Source of the DNA: Paecilomyces variotii
Taxonomy: Eukaryota
NCBI GenBank assembly: GCA_004022145.1
Contig: RCNU01000004.1
Direction: 5' to 3' (one strand)
Length of the DNA stretch: 64,000 nt
Position numbers and translations under genes: made by a program. The notes under the pieces were generated by a model. That model made no database searches. It was not told the DNA's origin and saw only the letters and a list, made by a program, of their open reading frames with translations. This document shows positions 1-12,709 of the stretch, one piece after another; the first letter of the stretch is position 1, and the number at the start of each line of letters is the position of its first letter.

Positions 1-266
1 TGAAGCTATGAATATAGTCTATCTTGATGACGATGATGATGATGATGAGTGTGTAATCAATAGACTGCAAGAAGCTATATTGACAACAATAGAAGATTCT
101 TTATATAAATTATTATAACCATTAGAATACGCTAAACAAGAACTTTTTCCAATGCCATCCAAGCCATCAACCATTACACTTTCATCCTTTGATACATCGA
201 GGGGAGGGAATAATCTGCCAGTAGCGCGAAAAAAAAAAGTACTGCCCCCTGTTATATTTTGGTTTT

Positions 267-2229
267 TTAGAGGACCTGTCCCTTGTTCTGCTTCCGGTCG
301 ACGTTGTAGTTCTTCCACATGCCGATGGCAGGAATCGCCAGAGCGAGGATGGCGGTGGCGGAGATGCATCCGTATTTCTGACTGTATCCCCAGGCGTAGT
401 TGATGGCTTCTCGGATCGGCGTGCCTGGCGGGTATTCGAAGGCGACCAGGTAACCGCCCACATAGATCTTCTCCACCAGGTCTTTGTCTCCTGCGGGTAA
501 TTTTTCATATAGTGCCTTGGGGAAGGTTCCACTGTAGATGGATGCGGAGACGGCATAGCCGATGGCACCGCCGACACTGTTGAACAGGCCGAGGATGGAA
601 AGCATCATCGGCACACCATCACGGTCCGCAGCCGCCATGACCGCCATCTGTTGACTGATGACGAGCATACCACCAGAAAAGGCAATAAAGATCTGGCACA
701 TGATGACATAACCGATATCTCCGTCCTGTCCACGGAAGTGGATCATAAGACCAGCACCCAGGATCATCAGCGGAAGGGCAAAGCAGAGTGCGGCGTACTT
801 GAAATGCCTAGTCCAGCGGATATACAGACCGAATAGTGGCGAGAAGAAGCAAGATCCGACGTTGTAGATCGAGGTCATGTATCCCGTGTCGGAGATGTCC
901 AGGTTGTAGACCACGATAACGAAGTTGTAGAAGTACTGATCCCAGGAGTAGAAGCTGAAGTACAGAATCGCGGCCAGACAGCTGGCACCGAGGACCGTAC
1001 GCTTCTTGAAGAGCTCCCACCGGACGAAGTGGGTGCGAGCGAAGAATTTCTCCCAGATCGCGAAGACCGGGAACAGACAGACTCCGACGACGACCATGGC
1101 AATGAAGGTGGCGCTATCGTAGTTGGCCTTTCCGTAGGTCTGCAGACTGAAGGGCAACAGGAAGAGTACGAAGGCGGCCATCAGCAAGAACGCACCGACG
1201 ACTAGAGAGGGTCGAGTTAGCCACCTTTGTTTTGGGGTCAATTTTCAAGAGAGAGTTCCCAACTTACTATCAAACTCATGAATGTAATGAATCAGCGACT
1301 GCAGTGGGGTCCGGCCACTGTCCACCCTCTTGAACAGGCCCATCTTCTCCGCCTTGATCTGATAGAACTTGAAGACGATCGCCAACGGACCGAAGACCAC
1401 GGGCATGATCAGGCAGAAGGCGCCAATGGCCCACCGCCAAGTGGTCATTTTGAGGAATGACTGCGCCGCCAGCGGTCCAGTAAACGCAGTACAGATGAAC
1501 GGAGTGCTGGAGAAAGCGAAGGCGAACGCTCGGTTCCGTAGACCGGACGTATCGGCGATGAAGATGTCCAGGATCAGATAGATGGCATCGTAGCCGATCC
1601 AGTAGAAGACATAGCCTGCGGCATAGGCATTGGGACCATTACTCGCGGCCACGATGATCATTCCCAGCACGTAGACGCCGACAAAGAAGAGGAAGCTCTC
1701 GGTACGGCCCCAGATATTCAGGGACTTTGCGATGGGCAATTTCAGGACTCCACCGATGATGGTGCCCAGAATGTTGGCCGTGCTGATCTGGGGGGCAGAC
1801 TGGAAGTTGGCGTAGGCGTTGTTGTAGACGTTGCTAAAGATTGACTGTTGGAGAGCGAGCATGAAGTAGCAGACCCAGATCCTACGGGTTGTGTTAGATG
1901 GCGTCCCTTTTTTTTTTCTTGTCTTTCTTCGTGCCTGATGGTGGCATTGGCACTTACCATGCATATGTTCCATAGACGGCCTTCTTGGGCCAGACGAGGG
2001 CAGCAGCCTCAGCCTTTTGCACACCCAGCTGGGCATCCTGGGTGATCTGATCCGGGTGCTTCTCGATCTCGCGGGCTTCGCGCTCCTCGAGACTCAGCGT
2101 TTCGGTATCGCTTCCGGACTGGTCTGGCACGTGAGCCTCGGCCTTGGAGGGCGGGTAGGCCTCGGACTCGGAGACGGCAGCGGCGAGGTGGTGGTCATGA
2201 CGACCTTTGATCAGATCCAAAGCACCCAT
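267..2229 (-). CDS. mirB: MFS siderophore-iron transporter (SIT family, MirB/Str-like); 3 exons 2229-1958, 1881-1268, 1201-267
   Basis: Three ORF-track frames join through GT-AG introns (1957-1882, 1267-1202) into one frame. SIT motifs include [22 protein letters not shown] and [15 protein letters not shown]. Many hydrophobic helices; SreA sites upstream. Confidence 0.9.
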
Positions 2230-2470
2230 GGTGGAGAGCGCAGGAGCAACGGGCGATGGTCTAGGTCCAGGATTGTCCGCGTGGAGATCGAGATCGAGAT
2301 CAAGATCAAGGGTCAGGTATATCTTATATATGTTGCGCAGCAAGCGTTGGCAACGAATTTTCCTACACTAGAGAACGTTGCACGAGTGGCACCCATGGCT
2401 TCACTGCCAGTCAGACTGCTGCGACCGAGTCTAGTGTGACTTGGCTGGCCGGAGATAACCGTGGCGGCGG

Positions 2471-2866
2471 ATCTGATAATCTGATAAAGGCGCGCTGTCC
2501 GTCCGCCCGAGGGTAGCGGCGCCGCTGAGTGGCCAGTGATTATCACGCGTCCATCTGATAATTTTCTGGCGAGACTAATTAGTCACTTAGTGTGAACTCT
2601 GAAGTTCACGGAGAAAAGTTAGCACCGCAAATACATCCATGGATATTATTATTATTTAATAGTAGTAATTATTACTACTTCGTACTAGTATTCCTCGATC
2701 GCACGCTGGCTGCTCCACCACCGGTCGTTCCTGCCTGCCCGTCGTGGCTTCCTCATAGGTCTGCGCCTGCTCTCGGCCCCCATCGTCGCTTCCTTTTCCA
2801 GGCGCACGCAACGCCGCCGGATCAGCGTTTCCCGATGCGTCAATCACGGCCGATGCTATCTGATAA
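2471..2866. promoter_or_regulatory. Cluster of four SreA-type extended GATA sites (ATCTGATAA)
   Basis: Exact ATCTGATAA at 2471, 2479 (overlapping tandem), 2553 and 2858, about 240-640 bp upstream of the transporter ATG. Matches the ATCWGATAA iron-repression consensus. Confidence 0.85.
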
Positions 2867-5800
2867 TGATCGTAATATTAAATCTCTCCCCCATCAACCA
2901 ACCCATGGCCAGAACCCGCCATGACAGCGGTTACTAGTTAGTCTTCCGGGCCAAGCCTGTCTGTGAGCTTCTGTGGGCGAATCCGTCCCGAAATCGCTCG
3001 TTTTCGCAGACAATCGGAGAACGCAGGATGTCCCCACACTTCTCCTCGTGGAGACGGATCAGAGCAAATACCGTGGTTTGACGTCGCTTCTCGTCGCGAA
3101 AAAAATTCTCCATGTCCGTTATTCGGATGAAGAGGACAGCTCTAGTGAACTATCTAATTCAATTCTCTATCACGAGACGAAAAGGGGCGGTTCTCGGAGG
3201 ATAATAATACGCGAGAGGGGAAAAAAAAGAAGAAAAAGAAAAAGAAAAAGAAATAAATAAACCCTAACGAAATCATTTGAGATTCTAGAAAAGTGGGCAC
3301 CGTATCATGGCGCCATCAAAAAAAGTAAGTACCGTAATTATCTGGCAGGGTATCGCGGTCGGAAAAAGCCGACAGCAACGAAAACAACCACGTACTATAC
3401 TCTCCCGATGATGTCTTCTAGTAGTAGCCACCAATCTTCTTCTTTCCCCCAAAGTGTGAGGAAATCCGAATCAGCCATCCGCACATACCGTACTTTCTTT
3501 TCATACTCTAGAATTGATTCTCGAATTCCAGCCATACCTACTACTCTCCCTGTCCCTGATGGCTGCTAAGTTTAACAATCCCTGATGCGAGTGGAGAGAG
3601 AGAGAGGCCCGGGGAAGATCGTCTAGTCGCATCCATAGCGCATGCAACGTTCCGCGTGTGCTGCAGCCATCCCGCGCTGTTTGAATTCTGAAACTCTCGT
3701 CGAATCCAAAAATACAAAAAGAAAAAGCAACCCAAACGCAAACAGTCGATCTGTGGAAGCGTCCCCTGCTTTTTCAGCGCGCATTACTCCGTATTTGCCT
3801 CTCTCTCTCTTTGCTGCATCGAAGCATCGTTCCTACCACACCCCCTGAGTCGGACCCCCTATTTATATGTTGTAGCACCGATTTAGCACCAACCGTTCAG
3901 GTTGCCTCACATATTCATTCGATCTGGGATTGGAGCACAGATGAACGAGATTCTTGTTCCCATTCCATCTCCTTTTGCAAGAGATATTCTCAGCGCTCCA
4001 GCTTGTGGCGTCGACATCAACCCATATCTTCACTCCCTCGGTGGTAGGATCTCACAGTGAGCCTGGAAATCCTTTTCTCCCAAATAATATGTCGTGGCAA
4101 GAACACGCGATCACATAACTGTATCAGATCAGTTGCATCGGGGTCTCTCTCAGGCTCTCGGCTATCCCTTCCAGGAAATATCGTCAACACTTCGTAGTGG
4201 TCCGGGACAACCGCTTCATCAACGGAGCATTACGATGATATCGACAGATCGCCACGGGTAGTTGACGACACGACCAGATGAGCAGACTAATTGAAATCGC
4301 GTCAAGCGCGCCTTTATTCGAGTAATTATCATTAGTGCCTCCTATACATCTAGAAGAACTCTGTGTTCTATGGCCAATCAATCCTGCAACTTTTAATGAT
4401 CGGTGTCGCACGCGGCTAAGACTTGCCTCCGGTCTCAGCATCCGCCCCCGGCATCGGCCAGGTCTATTATCATGTCCAGATGTCCTTGGCAGTTGCCATG
4501 ACGAGGCCTAGACTACAGACCACGAAGGTGGCAAGTATCGCTGTCACGTAATACAAAATATTTCTTCGAACTAAACCCTTCAAATATGCCATCAGAATCG
4601 TGGAGTAGCGAATATGTCACACGACTCTGCTAGCTCTAGTTGTACCATACATCTACAACCTTGTAGGTTGTGATCAATTGTGTCCAGATCAGAACCGAAG
4701 TCGAGGAGCAGTGGTACATTAACACTTCTATTAGCACTCGAAAGCGACCCAGATGTCGTGGGATGCCAATAGCAAACGCAAACGAACAACATAAGTAGAT
4801 CATATCGATCTTATCAACAATCAAAACTACCTTTGCCGATATAACATAAATAAAATGCACCATCTGTATCCTTTTCATCCCAAGGCTGCTTGTTTCCTGC
4901 GCTCCTTCGTATCACAATTGATGGATCGAGGCGTACGAGGTCGCAATGTATCCATCCGCTTCTATCGTTCTAATTCAGTGTCCCGTGGACACTTCTACAC
5001 CTTTTTGTCAGTACCATCGATTCCCATGAGATGTCTAGCCTTGACCATCATGAAGCATAGAAGCGTATACCGCTCGCTCTGGCATGTACTCTTTTCTTCC
5101 CTTTTCATGATTTGTAGGTCGGTCTGTGAGGGGAGTATGTCGGCAAATATATGTACGCATTTAGTTCATTTTTGATAGCCTTCCCCATCTTTCATTTAGG
5201 AAATCCACTGCTTCAAAAAGAAGATAACTTGCACATGATAGTCGTTGTCACTCCTCATAATCGCTCCTTCTTTCAGATATCGCGGTGAAGATGCGCTGTC
5301 AGCTACCGTGCTTTAGTCGATTGGCTTTCCCTCGGCTTTCTTCAGGCGTAGTAATAGAGACAATTTCCTAATGTGATCATCAAATAATCTCTATGGTCTG
5401 TATTAATTTGTCGCCCGGTCTATTTCTTATACTCATTCAGCAGCCGTAGAAATCGAAAAGGGGCCGAAAAAAATGTCAAGTAAGTACCTACTTAAGTAGG
5501 GTGTGGCTGCCAACCTCCAAGAGCGGTCTGGATAATCAGCCATTCCGCGTTATCCAACACATGGTTAGCAGCTCTGGTGCCCAAACAAGAGGAACAATCC
5601 GCATTTTTAACTAGCCCGCGCCTACTTGCTAGCTAAATTTAGCCGCGTTGTCTCTGTAGTGCTTACGCCTAGAGTGCAGGTGCGGTTGGGGAATTCCCGT
5701 ACAAGCCACACACGATGTTGGCAAGAATCCCATGTGGAGGGGGCCACGGCCACCCTCCGGGGGATAATTTATCTCGCACGCGAGAAGCTCGACATTTTAT

Positions 5801-5915
5801 CTTCCCTTCAGAAATCAATAATCATTTGATACAGGTTCTCTGGCTCCTCTCCGCTTATTAGTGCCCGCACTGAACAGAGACCAGCTAGCCCGCTGGCGCA
5901 TATCTATCTGTCGCC

Positions 5916-6878
5916 ATGTCGAAACGCAGTGTCTTCACCACAGTCACGCCACTTCCCCCATACATCACACGGGATACAGTGGTCGAAACTCTGCACAATC
6001 ATTCGGAGATGATCGAGTTGAACCCCCTAGTTATCAAGCATGGACGTTGCAAACCACCGCCAGTCGCTACCGCGGACGAGTTCCACTGTATCTGGTACGA
6101 ACTCACGGACAGAATATCGTACCTGCCCGGAGGCATGGTGACTGGAAAGGTGAGTTACAAAGCTTGCTTTTACGACCTGCCGCGAGGCTTACAGACGCAT
6201 GTCTATGCGCCCGCGGGTCTGGATATCAAGGAGAAATGGAGCATTTGCGGGAACATGCCCGAGGAGCCGAGAGAGCCAGTTGAGCTAGGGTTGGCAAATG
6301 CGCCACGCGAGGGTTTATATTTGCGAGAGGACGTCGACATGCGATGCAATATTGTAATGAACAACTTCGTCAAGCGGACGTTGAAAAAGGCGCACCAGGT
6401 CCTGGTTGACCGGCTGGTTGTGAAAGCGGATATTATAAAAGAGCACGCAGGCCGGACGTCGGTTACGCACGGGAAATCATCGCCTCAGATAACATTAGGG
6501 TCGGGTGGTTCGATGTATTCTGGATATTCTGGCCATTCCGGGGCTGTTGTCTCCCCGGCTGCGTCTGAATTTTGCGGAGGTCAGGATCCCAGGGTTCGAC
6601 ATCTATCTACAATATCAGCGGCAGAAGAACTGCAGGCTGCACGATTAGCCTCTGCCTATCTTGCGCCGAATTCGATGAATGTTGCAGAAGTACCAGGATC
6701 GCCACCTCCAGGCCCAAAACCCGACCCGTCGTCTGGGTCACGGCCTGTTTGGCAAGACTCTGAACAAGATCGTAACTACAAGCAGAGCGAACTAATGCCA
6801 GCCCCTTTGAATCGGTCTCGTTTGCGTCAGCAGCAACAGGGACGAGAGCCGGAAAGGTCACTCTACGAGATGGAATAG
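5916..6878 (+). CDS. Conserved fungal protein of unknown function (DUF7053-like N-terminal domain, low-complexity tail)
   Basis: 320-aa ATG ORF. MSKRSVFTTVTPLP..LHNHSEMIELNPLV, GLQTHVYAPAGLDIKEKW and GLYLREDVDMRCN are typical of a widespread Pezizomycotina family. Confidence 0.75.
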   Translation: MSKRSVFTTVTPLPPYITRDTVVETLHNHSEMIELNPLVIKHGRCKPPPVATADEFHCIWYELTDRISYLPGGMVTGKVSYKACFYDLPRGLQTHVYAPAGLDIKEKWSICGNMPEEPREPVELGLANAPREGLYLREDVDMRCNIVMNNFVKRTLKKAHQVLVDRLVVKADIIKEHAGRTSVTHGKSSPQITLGSGGSMYSGYSGHSGAVVSPAASEFCGGQDPRVRHLSTISAAEELQAARLASAYLAPNSMNVAEVPGSPPPGPKPDPSSGSRPVWQDSEQDRNYKQSELMPAPLNRSRLRQQQQGREPERSLYEME

Positions 6879-7607
6879 GCATCATTTATGTCGAGATATT
6901 GATGATCACGTCGGCATTTGAATCACTGAAAATGACGGCTCTACGTGTACAATGGAGTACAATTCCCCTTCTGGGATCTCTCCTACCTGCTGTACCGTTT
7001 GGGTCTTGTGCGACCAGCGCTACAATGGCAACTCTCAGCGAGATGCTAAGCGAACACGAGGATCTACGCACAACATTCTGATGGGTGATCTACGACTATA
7101 TACTCGGTATCAGAGGGGTTCTGATTCTCGTATACAATTCATTTTCAGGTTCTAACATTCTGTATTTATTCTATCTCTATACAATGCAATGATAATGAAA
7201 CTTTCTATAAGCGGGAACATAAGGCCAACCTAGGTAGTTTTAGAGCAGACTTTCTAGCTCTATAGAAGTTCCCTTGGACGGTTGTAACTCTTTCTTGCTC
7301 CCAAATATTAATGCGTTGTTTTTATAAGCCATTGAAATGAACAGCTCGTGACTGTCAATAGAGATATTGAATACAGGTTTTGGATCGCCTATCGTTCAGA
7401 CTTATGCTGGCATGATGCGCATGAGTTGAGTCTTCGAGGTAGCGCAGTAGAGACGTTGCTCATCCTTGTGAGAACGAACGAATAAATCTGCTAATGGCAG
7501 TGAACCTATCCTGTCTGAACCACCCATGATCATTGCATTCATTGCTTTCCAATCTCTTAGACAAGGCGCGGCTAGCGTTTATAACGCGAACTTGTACCGT
7601 CAGAATC

Positions 7608-8010
7608 CTCGGATTGTCCATCAGTTTGTGGGTGGTAAGCTGTAGAGAACAACAGCTTCGTATCCAGCGTCTCGAACAGTGAACGCCATAGCTCAGATAA
7701 AAATTTCCTGTCCCGATCGGTAATGATACAGCGAGGGATACCCCAATCGCCAAGGCGGAGCCGCTCAAGTAAGGCTTCTGCCCAGCGCGCGGCGCGCTCC
7801 ATGTCACGGCACCAGGGATAAAGGTGACTCTCTTGGTGAACTTGCAAGTAACTGACATACAGCAGTCCATACCGTTGGAGCTAGAGAGACCCAGGATGAA
7901 ATCAATCGTTATAGTATGGAAAGGAATGGCCGGCGTCAGTATAGGTTGGAGCGAGCCGAACGGCTTATGGCGTCGCGTCTTGTTTAACAGACATTGGCGT
8001 CACTGTATAC
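7608..8010 (-). mobile_element. Ty3/Gypsy LTR-retrotransposon integrase fragment (frameshifted)
   Basis: Translates to QCLLNKTRRHKPFGSLQPI..PFHTITIDFILGL..VTCKFTKRVTFIPG, then after a frameshift WGIPRCIITDRDRKFLSELW..LLFSTAYHPQTDGQSE, the classic rve core. Confidence 0.9.
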
Positions 8011-8022
8011 GGCGATACCGAA

Positions 8023-8245
8023 GTGTCACGACGGCTTGAAGACCTCGTCAGGTCATATGATATATGGTCTGACCGTGGTTTCGTCAACATCCCTCCTGAC
8101 CAATGGTTAACAATTCCGTTGAAAGATGGTTGGGAGTCCAGCGTTCTAAAGCACGCAAAGGTTTACCCCCTGGGACCTAAGGATCGAGAGGTCGTTGACG
8201 AAACTTTCCGATAAGCTACAGGAACAAGGTCGGATGGAGTACGCT
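8023..8245 (+). mobile_element. Ty3/Gypsy pol fragment (region leading into reverse transcriptase)
   Basis: IWSDRGFVNIPPDQWLTIPLKDGWE..KVYPLGPKDREVVDETF, then after a frameshift DKLQEQGRMEY; typical fungal Gypsy RT N-terminal segment. Confidence 0.8.
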
Positions 8246-10709
8246 TCTTATGCAACGATAAACCAACCGCAGCCGAAACAGGTATACAGGCGTAGTAAGT
8301 AACTGAGACAATATATATGGTGTAGCGAATAAGCGAGTCTCGCTGAGATGGATCACAATACGAGAACATCCGATGTCGTATGCCATGGTGGTAGAAAACA
8401 CTCGACCGTTTCCGTTGACCTCGGTTGGACAGCGTATTTCGATATTAATCTATGTGCATTCATTATTAGCATGAGCTCCAACCCTATAATTCTTTTCATA
8501 TTAAATGGCATCAAATCGGACCTTTTTAAGAGTCATAATGTTTAGTTACCTGGAACATAATGATGCCCGTCCCCCACCACGACGTTCAAGACGAACAGTC
8601 CCATCTCTCTTACAGTTATTTCGAAGGTGGACAGTTCTCAGTGGTCACGAGGTCAATGTCTGCACGTCGGACGTGGTCCCTGTGGAGGAACAGCGAGGCT
8701 TGGGTATATTGCAGAGCTCAATCCTCTCCAAGTACCGCTGTGCCCGCAGTCCAGCGGATTGTGAAGTGTAGATAAAATGCAGACCCGTGGCTGAGAAGTT
8801 TGTCCATAACCAGCCTTACCTTCAGACCTGATACAGTTAAGGTGAAATTGTAATAGTTCCGGTGAACAGAGGCTGTAATAATTAATGGAAAGGAGATTCT
8901 ATTCCTTGAACTTTTAGAATCCTTTTCACTTATTGTAACAAAGAGAGAATGGGTTAAGGCAGGATAGTCTGAAGGATCCTGATCAGCTAAGATCCGAGAA
9001 ATATAAGTTAGTTAAGAGATATCCTAAGTTAAGCTCTAAAGGTACAGTCCGATTTAGAGACTGTAAAGGGCTTGAAGAAATTATACTTTTATTTATTAAC
9101 CGAGTTAATATCGAAGACAGATAATAGTTAAGGTGAGAATAGTCGAGGTGAGGTGAGCCTTGCAGCCCGAAGCTAGTAGCTGTTAGATTAAACGGTAAAT
9201 AAAAGAAAAGATATATTTTACAAAATGGGTTCCAACGATCTGTCTATCTCCAGATACGCACAAAGAAGTCCTCGCTCCAAGGGTTGTCGAGCGTCGGATG
9301 GAAAGGTGGTAATAGGTAGAAATTTGATTATTGGTGCCAGTAATAACTATAATAAAAAGAATGGTTAAAATATAAAACACTGTGTAACTCAGTAGGTTAA
9401 AAGAAAAGATAGATTTGGTTTGAAGCTGTGAGAAATAGCTTTATTTATTATTAAATTCGCCTGCGAAGTATCGATAGTAAAAGGTGGTATAAAAGAATAA
9501 ATTTTAAACCCCCACTTTAAGCACCGCTAGCTATATATATCTGATAGTAATTAAAAGTATTCACAGGCTGAAGTTCCCGGAATATTGTTGCTATCTTGCT
9601 TTTAGATGGGAGAAGCCGTTAATAATAGTAAACCCGCGGGAGCTGAATAGTAGAAGCCATTGGTAATATTGTGCCTATAGGGACTTACCAAGGAAGAAAA
9701 TATATGCAGCCGGGACTCTGAGACAACTATACCATAGTGCAATATAAGCTGTAGGCAGCTCAAGATATAGTACTTGCAAACAAAAGTAATAACTGATGGC
9801 TGACATTAGTTAAAGTCCGGCTAGGTATCCTTATATCCTTGCATCCTGGAGTAAATGGTTAGATTGTAATTGCTTAGATTCAGAAGACACACAACGGAGT
9901 AAATCTAATAGCAAGGCGTAGGGAGACGCACCAGCGCCGGCTTGCCAGGATATCATCCACTTTCATGAGCCACGGGAAAATCATTTTGCAAAAATAGTAT
10001 TTTGTGTCGTATACCGCCGACGTTGATATTGATATTCAGGGTAGTACGGCGTATTGTCTCGCATCAACCACACAGCGGGGCTGGCAGGTATCCGTGTGTG
10101 ACGCACATGCCCTTGCGCAGTGAAATCATACGGCCATTTGGTTGCTCGCCGGGACAGTGACATTGTCTTTACGACGACATAAACCCAGGCATCGCAGAGC
10201 TTAACGTACGCTGGAGGATATCCATATACCTCCGGATCCCAGAGCGCCGTTACGATTTTCCATGTGTCTGATTCACCAACTGCTGCTGAAATCTGGGATT
10301 CGCTGGTGGACCCGTCGGATCGTTTATAAGGTAAAAATTATTCCCTATGACTAGTTAGTAGATCCAGATTATAATTAGATTGATTATTTTACCTTTGTCT
10401 AGAAAGAAAGTTCTTTCAAATACTATGATGTATCTAGGTACGTTTCTGCCCTTTTGGGAAATGATAAGTTCATTCGAATATAACTGTTCTTCTGGAATGG
10501 GAAGGTCTTATATATTCAATAGCAGCATTGGTTTCCTCGAGACTGGGGCCAAAAAAAAAAAAAAAAAAACGTGATGGATTCCTTGCAGAAGCAGGATGCT
10601 CTACTAATTCCAGAACTTCTGGCTCTTCTTCGTTATAGTCTTCATATATAAAGAGAGATGGCCCATGGGTATCTCGGATGCTTTCATCAAGAGGAATTAT
10701 AATTGACAT
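8216..10709 (-). pseudogene. Disrupted copy A of a tandemly duplicated unknown gene, in AT/TpA-rich (RIP-like) sequence
   Basis: 10709-10300 is homologous to the 11942-11260 gene (IIPLDESIRDT vs MVPFDESIQGT; GNNFYLINDPTGPPANPRFQQQLV vs GTAYALMNSATGPAGNPGFQQRLV). 8498-8558 matches the exon2/intron2 junction at 11210-11270. Stops and frameshifts present. Confidence 0.6.
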
Positions 10710-11000
10710 TGCCTGGAAGCCAATGGCGGGAAGAAATTTCCTGCTATATAATGCGGCTCCGAAGGTGAATAATCTCTGGATAGCAATGACAGGGGTGAAT
10801 GGGGGAATGTGTGAGTGGTATCCATTAACGTCCAGCGGAATAGAGGTGAAGTATGTGGCCCTGGTGGCCTCCCATGGGGTATAGGGACGTGCTAAGGTAT
10901 GTAATTATATACATAAAGTGCAACCTTAGAAGTAAAGAAAATCTTGCCCAAAGGCTTGTGGCATACCTAATTAATCAGTTAAGCTGAGAGAGAGGACAGA

Positions 11001-12178
11001 TGAAATGAGCTTGTTATGATCAGATCGCCTGATATAGAACCTGATAGAAGCCCTAGTCCGCGTTATAGATCAGAGGGAGTCTGACTCTTGAACAAGAGTA
11101 ATAATCTATATTAAATATAACTAGTTAGCAGTTCTAAAAAGAAGAAGAAAAAAACCGTTAATTTCTAAATTCAAGATTAGGAAGGGAAAAAGTAAATATT
11201 AAATATTAAATATTAAATGGCATCAGATCAGACCTTTTCGAGGGCCATGATTTTTAGTTACCTGAAACATGCTGCTGCCAGTTTTCGTGTACAGTGCCGA
11301 TGGCGTTGGATCACTCATTCTCTGTGGCTGATAAACCAACCGCTGCTGAAACCCGGGGTTTCCTGCCGGGCCCGTTGCGCTGTTCATAAGGGCATAAGCT
11401 GTACCCTATTGATGGTTAGTAGATCGACATCGAAATTGGATTGATTAGTTTACTTCTTGCCAGTAGGTAGGTTCCTTCCAGTCCCACGTATCGACTTTTC
11501 TACCCTTCTGAAAAATGACCAGCTCATTTGAACACAAGTCTTCTTCTGGGAACGTCCTATGCCATTCAATGGCAGCATTGATCTCATTGAAACTAGGCGC
11601 GAAAAACAGATCGTGACGGATTGATTCCAGAAAGAGGATTCTCTCCTTATGAGTAGCGGGCCATTTTCCTGCTGGAGCCGTTTTCAGAGGTAGTGTCCCC
11701 CATTCCATTGCTTCTAAGAGCCAAAAAGTCAGTACTTTTGACCTTCGAGTAACGTAAGTTAAATGTGTTAGGGGTGAAGGATTACTTCTTCCTAATTCCT
11801 GAACTTCCGGCTCCTCATAGTTACGGCCCTCAACCAGTGTCGCATAAAGATAGGTGGCCCATGGGGTGCCTTGGATGCTTTCATCGAAAGGAACCATAAC
11901 ATCGTCTGGAAGCCGACAGCGGGAAGAAGTATCTTGCGACATGATGTGGCTTCGAAGTGACAGGATCAGTAAGGCGTACTGTGAGAGACGGTAAAGCCGA
12001 AACTGATGATCTTTGGATGCCCTGAGAGGGGAAGAGAGGAAAGTTGAAATGAGCTTGTTATGTTCACAATGACGCTGTGTTGATCACCTGATATCATAGA
12101 ACCTGACAAAAGTCCAAGTCTGCGTTATAGATTAGAGGGAGTCTGACCATTGAACAAGAGTAATAATCTATATCAAAT
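11001..12178. repeat. Diverged direct repeat (~115-135 bp) at 11001-11116 and 12045-12178: duplicated upstream region of copies A and B
   Basis: Shared blocks TGAAATGAGCTTGTTATG, GCGTTATAGAT(C/T)AGAGGGAGTCTGAC and TTGAACAAGAGTAATAATCTATAT. Confidence 0.85.
11260..11942 (-). pseudogene. Copy B of the duplicated unknown gene; exons about 11942-11453 and 11403-11261, truncated after intron 2
   Basis: 165-aa ATG ORF, then a GTAAAC..CTAAC..TAG intron and an open second exon ending MFQ|GTAACT. The sequence then runs into AT-rich DNA and the upstream region of copy A. Confidence 0.6.
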
Positions 12179-12709
12179 AATAAAATAATAATATGGTACC
12201 CCTAGTACATAATTAGGTAGGTAGTCATTGATATTAAGAATAATAATTACCTTTCTTGGCCATCAATCTGGCGCTGTCCCGAAACGCTCTAGCCCCGATG
12301 TCGCAATCCGTCAATCGAGCATGCTGGTTGGCTGAAAGCAACAAACCAGGTCCGACGCGTATTTATCGGAGATTTTGGTATAAATAGTGATATACTTGCT
12401 TCTGTAGACTTTCCGGATGCAGCAGACAGCTCTCTTCTGGCCTCTGACTACATCATGTTGAGATTCCGAACGATGTACTTCGACCGCAGCTCGGTCCTTT
12501 CGCTCTGGATCTCTGGGCCACGTTAGGCAAGTTAAGGGAAACGAATCCCGCCAGAGACACCTCCGTTCCAGCACGACTCCGTTCCCCGCAACCCGACGTT
12601 CCTCTACGACATTATTGTCTACAATTACATTGTTCGAGATGTCGTCGTGGACGGACATCTGGTAATAATCGCTCTTGGGAAAGGAACTTGATCGTATGCG
12701 GTCTCAGTA

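Noticed and set aside
3200-5600. Short ORFs and A/T runs between mirB and the DUF7053-like gene
   Set aside because: No recognisable domains, splice-consistent models or RNA gene structure; treated as intergenic.
10293-10309. Minus-strand CCACCAGCGAATCCCAG resembles the 3' part of Eurotiales 5S rRNA as I recall it (5S genes are targets of some large mobile elements)
   Set aside because: The flanks do not continue the 5S sequence, and the segment aligns codon-for-codon with exon 2 of the paralog at about 11345-11375, so it is explained as coding sequence.
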